Source: Antedon mediterranea
Lineage: Eukaryota; Animalia; Echinodermata
Direction: 5' to 3'
NCBI RefSeq assembly: GCF_964355755.1
Contig: NC_092670.1
Coordinates: forward strand, 5,570,201-5,634,200
DNA: 64,000 nucleotides
Part shown: one piece after another, positions 36,801-49,575 of the stretch
Position numbering within the stretch: the first letter of the stretch is position 1
How the letters are laid out: every line of letters starts with the position of its first letter
Position numbers and translations under genes: made by a program
The notes under the pieces: generated by a model
Database searches by the model: none
What the model saw: the letters and a program-made list of their open reading frames with translations, nothing else
What the model was told of the DNA's origin: nothing

Positions 36801-38214
36801 AAATTGTCTATAAAACTGTCTTGGGAGTTAGTTAATTATGAATGATTTTATGTTTTTACTTACGGGAATGGAAACACTTGTGGCTGTTTGTTATCACTGT
36901 GTAATCATCTCCGTTAGTTGCTAACTCGGGTACATATTTTGGACCATATACAGAAGATGAATCGGCAGGTTTTTTGTATGATAGATATGCTGTGAAAGCC
37001 ATAAAAAATTAATTCTAGTGTAAATGATAACTAACTATTTTGATGTGTTCTGTTTTCTGTTCTGTACAATTTATTTAAAATAAGTTTTACAGTTGTTACT
37101 GAATATACTCATTAAACTGTATCACATTTTGAACAAAAAACCTTTTTTTATGGATCACTAATTATAAATAAAAACTGCACAAGCGCAAATTCGCAAAGTT
37201 ACCAGCTTAAGCTCATTGCAGATGATGTCACAAATTTGCATAACAAAAAGGCACACGACGTGAAAACTGTCGGCAAGTGACGGTCGATACCAATCTCTTA
37301 AAATCGTTGTCTCAGGTTTTATGAAAGAAAAATGTATGTTTATCTATTTTTATCGTCGATCGTTTGTCCTATAGCAGCCCTGAAGCAGAATATTTATTTA
37401 TTTATTTGATTTCCTTGTATGCTTTTGTTTTTTGCTAATTATTGGTGCAATTTTAAAAATTATTTTATTAATTTATTTTATTTAACCACATCTTTATTAA
37501 GAAATTCAAAATCAGGTAAAAGACAAATATTGTGGTTCTATCTTCATAAATACAAAAAAAACAAAGTTTTAGTTTAGCGAAAAGATCGATACCACCTAGT
37601 TTTAAATTAAGTAATTGTTAGAGAATATTTATTTCAATTGGTAAGTTATTCCATATTTAGCGCCTGCAACTTTAAACGAATAATTCATCTTAATAATGGC
37701 ATTGTATGGTATTGTAATATTTAGGCGTTCTACTCCATGTATTAAGTGGGTATGAATATCTCCATTCAGCTCAATTTCGTTTAATAATATTGTTGGTGCA
37801 AGGCCGTAAACACATTTATTATAATATTAAACAAGCAATTGAATGAAAGTTAAACTGTTCACATAAACGCAAATGTTTACTTTATAATTAGCATGATTGC
37901 ACTGGTACAATTTGTTATTAATTTGTATTTCGAAGTTGAACAACTACAAAAGAAGAAGAAAAAAAAAAAGAAATACTGGTTCGTGTAGATAATTATTTTA
38001 ATTGACCAAAATAATGAGTTATAACGAATCTTAACGTAAAAGATGCTCGATGTTTAATATCGTGTAACCAATATACAAACCTAAGCCATCATTGTTGAAA
38101 TATTTATTTATTTATAAATATAAATGAACATTCTTACTTTAACAAAAACTTACATGTTTCTGTGTAGTTTAATAACAAAATCAATATTAGTACTGATACT
38201 GATACCATCGCCAT
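30885..38214 (-). CDS. Secreted mosaic protein: signal peptide, F-type lectin (fucolectin/F5-8-like), Kringle, LamG/pentraxin-like, PAN/Apple; 517 aa
   Basis: Exons 38214-38154, 36989-36864, 35206-35120, 34897-34655, 32829-32563, 32054-31527, 31126-30885, all phase-1 introns, 1554 nt open. Motifs KPADSSS..CFHS..WIKIDL..NR..GRYV..CEIKVY, Kringle YRG..CQNW..NLCRNPDG..PWCYT, WTFLAFTFDG, CANMC..C..C. Confidence 0.87.
36290..36482. repeat. ~61-bp tandem repeat, ~3 copies (intronic)
   Basis: AAACAATCTCGAACCACATGAGTGATATGGAATGCG repeated three times. Confidence 0.85.
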
Positions 38215-39324
38215 GCTCGTAATGCTATTGTGAATATTGTACAGTTCCAACTAATTTAGATATTCCTTTCCGTCAATATCAGTAGAAGTAATGCCGTAAA
38301 GTTAATACTCTTTCCTACAAAAAAAACCCAATAGATGCACTGTTTAAATAACAGAAGTATAAACCTGACTCCAAATAACGAGAGGCAAGCCATGATTCAA
38401 CGTTTCGATCTTTATTTGATCATTCTTAAAAAAATATATAAGTTAACAATAACTAATAACTTGTAATACTCGACCTCGAATGCTTTTAAGCTTTGAAAAG
38501 ATTTTTAAAAATGTACTGCCTTATGCATAATAATCTCTTTTTACAGTAATCGTCATACCTTGTTTTTGTAGTCGATTTCGTTTTGAAACGTTTTACTTTT
38601 GTATAATTGTTTGTTTACAGAATACAATGGTATATTTCAAAATTATCATACAAATATATACACCATTCGTTTTGTTCATTATGTATTTTAATAATTAACA
38701 GTATTGATGCTATGGCCGAATAAACTAAATCAAAAGATATCATAATGCAATGCAATAATGCAATATTTCAATGCTTATTCGTAGATGGAGACAATGATAC
38801 CATATATCGCGGTGGTATCTTTATTTAAAAAAAAAACAAGAACATATAAAAATACAAAGGCAGCAACAAGTGCTGAATTTACGTATTTTTTACACGAAAA
38901 AAAAGAAGAGAATAAAAAATTACACAATTAAAATAATTATATTAAAGGTAAAATGTATATAACTATATATGTCAATAAAAAATAGGTTGCAATTGGTGAA
39001 CCCCAATATTTAGTTGTTTACTTACTACTATTTTCTAATAATTTTAATAAATACAGGACGGGACTATTTTTAAATCTTTCAGTTTTTGCGACAGGGATTT
39101 CGTATTTCCTTTTATTCCTAAGTTGCATTGATGAAACATTTTTTTGATTTTGATAGTCAGTGATTAAAACATTCATTTTCCTTCCTTTTTTTCAAAACCA
39201 TGCTCATAAATAACCATATCGGCCTATGTAATATATATATACACACAGTGTCTTAACCGTTGAAATAAGAAAAAATAATATACGGTACGGCACGTGACAC
39301 CTATTCACCAATCACGTGTATGTT

Positions 39325-40562
39325 TATTTGATTTGATTTGATTTTATTCAGGTTTCAACATAAAATTTCAAGACAAATAATAAAAATACAAAATGAAACA
39401 AGCAATGAAGAAACCAAGGATAGCCCATAAAGTAAAAAAAAAACAACACTTATTTCCAATGTGGTCCTATTACGAATACGAATACGAATAGAACTTTATT
39501 GCAATCAAACGGAAGATTGAAGTTTAACAAAAGCGTTTCACTCAGAAATATAAAATGCAATATAAAAATAAAAAAAAAACATTTAGAAAGGTAGAACATA
39601 CAATCAAGAAATTAAAACAAATTTTCAATCAAAAATTAATACTTATAAAAACTATATACATATATATTTACAATGTTAAAAACAAGTTTAACTGAAAACA
39701 TCAGAATATTGATATAGGCCTGCAGTATAAAAATTTAAAAATTTTAAAGATTTTTAAAAAATTTAAAAAATTTCAAAAACTTCAGACATTTTCAATAATA
39801 TTTACACACAATGGTATGGAAGGGTCGCTGAAAACAGAACACTATTATTATAAACTAGAGCGACAAAAACGGTAAAATTACACATACGAGTACACAATAA
39901 AAAAAATGGCAAAGAGAAATAGACTTATAAAAATACGATACACTAAAAAAGTGATGACTATAAATAAATTAATACATGCAATTATATATTTGTTATAATG
40001 GTATGAGACTCGATAAGTGCGTTTTAACAGCATGTTAAAAAATATCTTATCATTGTTAATACATTTTATGTCATTAGGTAGATCGTTCCAGGCTTTTATA
40101 CCACGATAATAAAAAGTGGTATTACATTTACCAATTGAAAAGGGTATCCTATAATTTAACTGACTATTTCTCGTGTGGTGGATTTGGTAACTATTTATTC
40201 TTTCGAAATGGGCAGCCATATAAGGTACAGAGTAATTATAAAAAATACGTAGTATTTCTTATAGGGGGGTTATAACCTGGAATAGACATAATATTGATAT
40301 CAATAAGATGCCACAATCTCTGAACGCATTCAAAAAGAAATTGCAAACATATTTAAATAGGAAGACTAATGCGATTATTTATAAATTCTTTCTTTTGTAC
40401 TATTTTCTTTAAATGTGTATACACTGTATTATTTGTATACATATTATTACCTATCACGAACTGGTGGAAGAACACTTTTATTTCATGGTGAACGAGTTTT
40501 ATATTTTGTACTATTGTATTTTATATTTTCGTGAAAAAATAAAGATTTCGATTGATTGATTG
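39325..40562. mobile_element. Cluster of 3' fragments of CR1/L2-type LINEs
   Basis: ORF remnant 39878-40219 (HHTRNSQLNYRIP..TFYYRGIKAWNDLP) resembles the C-terminus of the ORF at 55943-58321; short-repeat tails (ATTTG)n, (TACGAA)n, (GATT)n. Confidence 0.7.
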
Positions 40563-43086
40563 AATCACAATTTTACCGGTACTCACTTTGTTTTACCTTT
40601 ACTCCTCTGCAAATAAACTATATGACTTTGCCAACCCGTATGACGTAACTATACACAACTGACATGTTTTAGAGCCAATTATCAAGCAAAGAACGGTAAC
40701 TGATGCACGCATTGCTTTCACTAAAGGTCATCTTCCAAACTACAATCTCCGTTCTATAAATTCCGCGTATCATACATTTTGGTTTTATAGAATATCGATT
40801 ATTCTGTCTACCAATGACAATAAAGTGTACTGTATAAATGACTCTAATTTTAGTTTTGCGTCAATAATTTCCATGAATTGAACCCAATTTACAGATTAAT
40901 TTAAGATAAGATAAGATGAGATAACTTTTATTGATCCTCAAAAAGGAAATTCATTGCTCGTCATAATAACAAGAAAACACAATAAAAACAAATATAAATA
41001 TTTGACTATTAATAGCTGTAACAAAATCTCATAAACCCTCCGTTCATAGATTGTAGTGTTGTTGAGATTGAATGACACTGATTGACGGTAACATAAGCCA
41101 AAGTTATTAAATTTCATTTGTTTTATCGATCTTCAAACATACATATTGGGGGAAAAATAGAAATAGACAATCAACTTCATAATTTTTTCCATTTATATAA
41201 AGCACCAGTTAGTTCGATTTTTGTATTTCTACCATGAAAAATAATATATTCGGACTTTTTTGTATTCATTCATTCATCATTCATTAATTTGTTTATGTCA
41301 AGCCACTGTACAATCTGTTTTAATTACGTATTTAGTTATAAATTAATATTATGCAGATTAAAATATGAAATAAACAGGTGTCGTCTGCAAGTAAACGTGT
41401 GTCAATAATTAGTAACATTAACAATAACATTAACATAAAAGAAACAATGTAGGACCAAAGACAGACCCTTATGGGACACCCCAAGTAATTGGGAGTGAAG
41501 CGTGGTTCCCACTAGCGACGCAACGCAGCGACGTTTTGATGCAAAGTGCTGTATTCAGTGGGACAGCCAGTCGACAAATCGTGTCAAATTTCGACTCGGA
41601 GAGGGCGCCCTACTTTTCTAATTTAGTTCAAAATTGCTAAATTTTAGGGTGTTGGAAAAACACAATATTTGTAAATTTAGCTAATTATCGGAAAAATATT
41701 GTTAGTGAAATAAATTCATAAATGGTTTTAATATATTGTCATGTAAAATTAAATGTATTTGAACAAAACGATAATCTGTAATTTAACAGCAAAATCAACC
41801 AATGTCTTTTTTCCGAAATTGTACCCTAGAAAATCATTAAAATAAAATATTTAGAAAAATTGAACAGTCCTGAATTTAAAATCCCTGTTAGAAAAATTAA
41901 TAATCTACAGAATACGATATTAAGATAAAAAATTCGGTGGTTGGGATGCAGCTCCGACTATTCAAACTAAAGGTACCACTATTTGCTCCATCGAAAACTA
42001 GCGAAACCGCCATTTTGTAAACACATCGTCATCGTGTTTATGAATTTATTTATAGCGAACGATATACGCGATGTTTATAATTGTCCGCGTATAAGAATTC
42101 ATATAAATAATACATTCCAATACAACGTATATTATTACTTGTTTATTTATCACAGTATACATTTTAGTTGAGGAATATTTATCATAACTATTATAATAGC
42201 TTTTATACGAGTCCGAGGCCTAGCCCTATTAGCGAGCGATTGTTCCAGGGGCGGAAAGTCACTTAGTGACGTTGTGATCGGGCGCGTCGGGCCTAGCTAA
42301 TATTAATAATATGACCTAAGCGGCTAACAAGAACTGTTATATACTTGCTTAAAATTGTTTTGTTATTGATGAACAAACAAGCAATTAGATTGAATAACAA
42401 ATTATTTATTCATTTTTTTTGGGTAAAAACATGTACAAAATAGTAGTATTGTAGCCTATAATATAAATTAATAGTAATATTAAACTAATACAGTATTAAT
42501 AAAATATAAAATAGGCCTAACATACAATAAATATTCAATTTTTAAGGTCTACCACATGACAATAACATAATTTACAGAGTATAGTGTAGTAGGTTTGCAT
42601 TCAACATAAATATTTTTATTGTAATTCATCTAAATCCTCTGCAACATACATATATATATATATATTTGTAATTCAACATTTTGTTTTAAATAATTAAATT
42701 ATAGTTTGGGTATGACAATGTCGGTAGGTACCGGTGTCATCTTTTTATCCACTTCACTCTCAGTTTGAAGTCACAAAGACAAAGAACTCTGCATCATCAA
42801 CGATTCCTGAAAGTGTCAGAAAAAATAATAAATATTATTTAAAAAAAATTGTAATGTCTGGTTGTATATATAATTATGACATAAAAGTAAGGCAAATGGA
42901 AGCTGTATTTTATTAATTAAATTACAGTATTTACTAGTATTATTATTTATATAATCTAGGCCTACTAGTAGCCTAGCTAGGCATCTATTGAGCCTAATAA
43001 ATCAAATAATAAATGAAAAATAAAATAATAATATTAATACTGATTGAAAAAAAGTATTTTTTTGGGGGGATCAGATCACCAGGCTA

Positions 43087-44303
43087 GGCCGGCCGCGATT
43101 TTTTTTTTCGTACATAAGTTGGGGACCCCATCATGAAACGTCACAAAATAAACATGAATAATTCATCAGTTAAATTTTCTTGTTCCGTGTGCACCCAAGC
43201 GTATAGCAACAAGAAGTGATTACACAAGTGCGGTACGATTCTAGGCCTATCTCCGCTGATTTCATAATAGAATAGCGGAGTTTTGTGTGGATTGTCGAAA
43301 TAATCAGCCTTTAGTTTATGGTGTTTTTAATATAGTTTATTACTAAAGAATTACGTGTTAAAATTATAGTTTCTATTGATACTATTAGGCCTAATTACTA
43401 GTCTCTAAACCCCTGTATATTCTAGTAGTAGTAGCTGTGTGGGTGTGTGTGACTTGTGTCTTTGGGCTATGTCCAATTACTACTTAGTTTAATGTTTTGC
43501 CTAGCTGTCGATTAGCCTCGACACATTTTGCATAGTGGACGTGTGTGTGAAGAAGAGTGCGCGAAGGCAATCACGTGAATTGACCTAGAATCCTAGGCCT
43601 ATTATTGTAGAAAGAATCGTATCGCAGTTGTTGTTCCGTGTGCACCCAAGCGTTCTTGGACATAGCCCAAAGAAAGCTTAGACCCACAAGAATAAAGAAT
43701 GTGTATAATTTGTGTACTGTATTTTTTTAATTCTGCTATCAATTATCAAACAATATGCAATGTACTCAAAGGAACTTTAAAAATGCGCGTATATGAACAC
43801 ATGAGATGGGAAGATTTGACCCACGAGAATAAAAAATGTATTTTTGTGTAATGTTTATTGTTTAATTTTGCTGACTTATTACTCGGATTGTGTCATACCA
43901 AAGATAGTGTAACTATCTTTTGGTCATACCTAACACACACACACGTCACACACATCCACACAGCTACTACTAGAATAGACATGGGTTTAGAGTCTAATAA
44001 TTAGGCCTAATAGTATTAATAGAAACTATAATTTTAACACGTAATTCTTTAGTAATAAATTATATTAAAAACACCATAAACTAAAGGCCGATTATTTCGA
44101 CAATCCACACAAAACGCCGCTATTCTTCAACAGAGGAGATAGGCCTAGAATCGTACCGCACTTGTGTAATCACTTCTTGTTGCTATACGCTTGGGTGCAC
44201 ACGGAACAAGAAAATTTAATTGATGAATTATTCATGTTTATTTTGTGACGTTTCATGAGGGGGTCCCCAACTTATGTACGAAAAAAAAAATCGCAGGCCG
44301 GCC
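43087..44303. mobile_element. Foldback element with ~380-bp inverted arms
   Basis: 43087-~43460 is the reverse complement of ~43930-44303; TSD not evident. Confidence 0.8.
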
Positions 44304-44508
44304 AGGACCAATGATACTCGTAATCAGTACAACTTAACGACTATCGGATCAGCATCAACACAGTACAACACACGTCTCGCTATCGCCTATATTGACACAC
44401 GTGTCTCGCGTTGCCGAAACCACGCTCACAGCTAGAAAATGTACCTACCTTTCGAGGCCTGAGAATACATCAACACATTTTGAACAGGATAGAAATATAT
44501 CATACTCG

Positions 44509-45721
44509 GGCGCTAATGCAGTTTCGTACCCACCCCTTAAAATTACTCAAAATCTTCATCCAACCTACTCACGAGTTGTCTACAACATTCTGCAATCATA
44601 AAATTGTAAAAAATCGATAATTTTTTATTTAAAACTATTTTTAATCAATTAATACTGAGCACCCTTCGGAAATACATCGCCAGCTTAGCTTCCCGAAAAT
44701 CATCGCTAGGCCTGCCGATAAAAGTACGGAGGCCTCACAGGACATTAACTCTATAGAGTAAACAGTTGCGTTCTATAGAGGGCGTAGTTACTAACGTTTA
44801 AAGCACGCACCAAATAATTATAATTTTCATTATTTCCGACATGCGTTTCGTATTTTTAATAAAGAAAAGAAATACTATACAATTGCTGTATTCATCATTG
44901 TGGGTATCATCATAATTATGTTATGTTTTTAATTTGTTCTTTCATTTTACTAGTAGAATTTCACACAGAAAAGAAGATAAATATGGAACTGCTGACTCTT
45001 GAAGATATAAGTAGGCCTACTGACCAATTTTCCTCTGTTTTAGTTAATTTTACATTATGGTTTGTAGGTCAAATAAATAAATAAAAAGAATTAAAAAGCA
45101 GAAAGATATAATTTATTGAAATGTAATGTACAGTAATACAATAATTATAATAAAAATGTTTTCCATCAATTACTAGAATTTATTTTACTTCTGCTGACAC
45201 TGAATACATCATTTCATGTCTATTCATTAATTTATTTCAACAATATTTTATGAGGGTGGTCCATCCAGCCGAAGCTGATCATTAGGGACCCTTACAAAAA
45301 ATATAATTTGACAAGACAATAACACACAACATTCAAAATAAATAGAATTCAACATAATTAAACACAAAATATTTCTTTATGAAAAAAACTTAAAATCCGT
45401 TTCACGAGGAACATGTAAAAAATATTTTATTATCGCCATAATATGATCATATAACAGCGTCCTCTATAGATCGATGCCCTATGAGGCCTCCGTACTTTCA
45501 TCGGCAGGCCTAGCGATGATTTTCGCGAAGCTAAGCTGGCGATGGATTTCTGAAGGGTGCTCAATTATTAATTGATTAAAAATAGTTATAAATAAGAATT
45601 TATCGATATTTTACCACTTTATGCTTGCTGAATGCTGTAGACAACTCGTGAGTAGGCTAGATGAAGTATTGAAATCATTTTGAGTAATTTTAAGGGGTGG
45701 GTACGAAACTGCATTAGCGCC
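44509..45721. mobile_element. MITE with ~240-bp TIRs and 8-bp TSD (Merlin-like GG..CC ends)
   Basis: CATACTCG|GGCGCTAATGCAGTTTCGTACCCACCCC ... GGGGTGGGTACGAAACTGCATTAGCGCC|CATACTCG. Confidence 0.85.
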
Positions 45722-46821
45722 CATACTCGATTAAACTAATAGGCCTATTATTCTTGATAAAACAATTGATTATAATTTTTTTAATTTGTTGGGATGCACC
45801 TCCGACTATTCAGAAAATGGACAACAAAACAGTAGTCAAATCGTACCACATTTATAAATTTCACGAGTCCCGACTTCAGTCGCCGAATGTATTGTATTAG
45901 CTTCGGTTTCTTTGAAGGAAACCGATTGGTTATTCAATTATACTTATTAGGAAATGCTTTTACCATAATAGGTAATGTTGGGCGGTTCTTAAATATTCAT
46001 GAGAGCTTAAAATAAAACAGCACTTATTTGCTAGGCGACGAACAATCGTGGTTTCAGTTTTCAACGATAGGTGGCGCTTCAAAATCGTCAATGCGGAAGT
46101 AAGTCGATTTTACACGATTTAACGGTCAAAACGCGAAGTGGCTTTCCCACTGTATTGCGTAATCACAAGTGGAAACCGACGAAACATCTAGCTTCTCTCT
46201 CACTATTTGTAGTTTTATAACTATAATATTTATATGATTACAGATACGGTGAAACAACTCCTACCGTGTGCATCACTTTGCCTAGTTGTCCCTCTATTTG
46301 CCTAGTTGTCCCTCTAGTTGTATAATACGTCTATGCACATAACTTGATTTGCATATAATTTCAGTCACTTGGTTTCTTCCTTTTGTTATTGTTTTCTTTT
46401 GTTCCGCTCAGTAGCAGTTAATTAGTAGAGGAAGAGGCACCATTTGTTTTTACCAATACAGTAGGCCTACTGCAGTATAACAATACAATACCAGTCATTC
46501 AACATATCATTGGATTTATGTTACTTTGCTCAGGAGAATGTATATACTTACAGGACCTGTGGATTTATTTTTCTTGTTTGGATTTTACTTTTTTGATATG
46601 AAATTACTTGAATTGAAGATTAGAAGAAGATAAGAAGGTATTTGTTTTATTTATTCTTACTATAGCAAATGTCCTGCACTGTACCTACTGACGTAATTAC
46701 ATAAGTTATATTATGCTACAAGTACCATTTTAAATCATTAGAATTGGATCATTTGCTAGTACTATAATTCTAAGTATTTAATTTTGATAATGTGAAGATC
46801 TTGTTGTCGTTGTCGTAGTAG

Positions 46822-47250
46822 TAGGGACTTTTAGATTTGAGTGAACGTGAGCAAAGACCACGTCATTGGCGATTGTTTCTCGTCGACAAATATAGAAATT
46901 TTTGACGTGCCAGTATGACATAATGACCTTGAGATCATATCTGATCTTGTAAATCTAGTAACGCTTGTCCGTGGACCTATTCCATCGTACTGTTTGCAAA
47001 TAATTCACACTTTGCAAATATAAATACTGAAATTCAGTACATTATCAGAAAATCATCGCGAGATCATTTTCCGCCATGATTTTGGTAAATCTTTGCAGTG
47101 TTAGGCCTATACCTCCACTTGTACCCATATCAGAGATCGAACGCCAAAATGCTAGAACAAGTGCTCAAGTTTTCCAGTCGACGTGCCAGTCGCCAAACGC
47201 ATGCACTTACCATAAATGACTTCTTAATATAGTAAATCTAAAATTCCCTA
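46822..47250. mobile_element. Small MITE inserted in a GTA/GTC microsatellite
   Basis: TAGGGACTTTTAGATTT ... AAATCTAAAATTCCCTA. Confidence 0.65.
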
Positions 47251-47520
47251 GTGGTAGCAGTGGTAGCCGCAGCCACCAGCCATAGAAGTATTCGTTATAG
47301 TAGTCGTAATAGTCTTAGTCATCGTAGTAGTTGTAGCAGTCTTTGTAGTACAGTAGTAGGCCTAGCAATAGTAATGTAAGTGCTAGTATAAATAGTAGTA
47401 GTAGTCGTATTGATCGTAGTCGTATTTTCCGTAATCGTCGTTGTCATAGTCCTCGTAGTAGTAGTCGTCTTTGTATTAGTCGTAGCCGTCGTAGTAGCTG
47501 TCGTTGTCGTAGTCGCCGTG
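47251..47520. repeat. Degenerate (GTA/GTC)n microsatellite
   Basis: Trinucleotide low-complexity tract; explains the poly-Thr ORF 47319-47531. Confidence 0.85.
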
Positions 47521-48737
47521 AACGCTCCCATGTTATTGTCTTGATGGTATAATCTAAACTATGTTTGTTCTTGTAATATATCACGCATGCCATGTGTATT
47601 GTAGTATTTTACTCATTAAATTCATTTGTAAACATAGAGCTACTTAAAAAATGTTCACTTCAAACATAAACAGTTTTATTGTAACAACAAACTCAAAATA
47701 AAAACATTAGTTATTGAATGACAATGTTTAGTGTAAAAGGCCAGGATAATTATCGCTATTGATTTGTTTCTATATGTAAGTGGGGTTTTGGTTGTGATTT
47801 ATAGTATAGTTTTTTACCAAGTGGACAGAATAATTGAAATAAACTCATTAATTCATTGTCGTTTCAAATACACTGATCATAGTGAACGTTTACGGTAAAT
47901 GCTGAATTGAATAGGTGTTAAAGCCAGTATTAAACACAAATACTATGTTGGTTATTAAGTCAAAATAACAATATTTATATACCTAACAAAACAAATCTTT
48001 AATATTGTTGATTGTAATTTATACACTTAAAGGAGAAATCAAAATTTAAACAAGGCCGGTAATAAAATAAGAACAAACATGAAGCAAATCACTAATAATA
48101 GGTGATCTGAATGTCAAACATTGAAACATTTTTATATATGAGGAGAAAAAATACTAATAGTGAAGTAGCCTACACAAAGCACATTCGTTGTTTCAAATAT
48201 GTAACCGTAAGAAATATCGCAATAGGCCCATTTATTATTTTTTTAAATAGTTTGTGACCTTAAAATCGACCGAACACATTAGAAAAATTATCTTTAAACA
48301 TATTCACTACTTTGGTTTATATCAATAGTAGTATAAGAATATAAAGCTTATGCAATCATAGAGAAGCATATAATCTTGGAGTTTAACGTTAACAGAGAAG
48401 GAAGTTTTTTATTTGGAATGTTTTATTATTTCAATGTAGCCTAAACTTTTAAACTGTACTTACGGTCCCTCCTCACATCGCATCCAAATTCTGCCTGGCA
48501 CACCGAGAACATTATCGTGGTGATAGGTTCAGTGGTAAAGAATTTGATCGTTCACATCAGAATTGTACGATTTGAATCCGTACTGAATTCGAAGCGATGG
48601 ATCAAGAGAAACAGATGTTGTTTATTGATTAAGTGAAACGTTACGTTACTTTTGACCAATCAACAGTGAGCATGAATGATCTTGCGTCACAACGTCAAAT
48701 TCGTGCTCGATGTGAAAGCACGCTCAACGCTCGCGAG

Positions 48738-48846
48738 TTTTTAGTCGCGTGGAAGCGACTCTATAGTTCACTATGTCGGTCGGTCGGTCTGTCTGTCTGT
48801 CTGTCTGTCGGTCTGTCTGTCGGTCTGTCTGTCGGTCTGTCTGTCG

Positions 48847-48877
<31 letters not shown>

Positions 48878-49575
48878 GGTCCGGTATCACTATGCGTTTT
48901 ATCGCTTTATGACCTTATCTTGATATCAGTTTAATCTAGCTAAGTCAATTTTTCACAGAATATTCCTTATGGCCAGGAATCGATGTGGTTATGTTTTCAC
49001 GGTGCGCAATAAAAAATTACGCGGTCTACGCACGATTTAACGAAATCACGTTTGTAATCATATCTTAACAACCATGAATCACAATTAAATAAAATTTGGT
49101 ACTCATAAATTTCAGGGCATAAATCATCATATGGCAATACAATTACGTGCGTAGCGCATGTAACGCATGCGTAAGCGCGCTAAAAATTTTCAAAATTTAT
49201 TTTCGATGAAATAAGAGTACGTTTCAGGCAATTTTAAGCGTTTACAAAATTGCCATGAGTGCGCAGATTTTTGCGCACGCACTGTGCGTTAAATGTTATT
49301 GCGCACTGTTCTTGCCCGATTTCTGTTTTCTTGACTTACTTTTCAACTCGCAATTACGTTATACGAGCACGTCAAAAGTGACAGGCTACGCACGTGTAAA
49401 TTAACAAAATATAAATGTTTTTAAACATGTCAACATTTTTAAACATGTTCAGTAATTTCGGTCAGTATAGTTCACTATGTCGGTCGGTCTGTCTGTCTGT
49501 CTGTCGGTCTGTTTGTCTGTCGGTCCGGTATCACTATGCATTGTAGCGCGCGACTTAATGGCTGTTGGCCTTGTT
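48738..49575. mobile_element. Non-autonomous element with (CTGT/CGGT)n microsatellite, DINE-1/Helentron-associated-like
   Basis: Starts TTTTTAGTCGCGTG..CGACTCTATAGTTCACTATGTCGG-(CTGT)n, ends GCGCGACT..GGCCTTGTT; internal duplication at ~49466-49520; relative at 63480-63570. Confidence 0.6.

Larger units (their letters stand above)
41556..46152. mobile_element. 4.6-kb non-autonomous TIR element with nested insertions, inserted in a small MITE
   Basis: CAGTGGGACAGCCA ... TGGCTTTCCCACTG with TATT on both sides; flanks rejoin to match the uninterrupted MITE at 61887-62071. Confidence 0.75.

Noticed and set aside
47319-47531. Thr-rich mucin-like ORF
   Set aside because: Translation of a GTA/GTC microsatellite without splice or start context.
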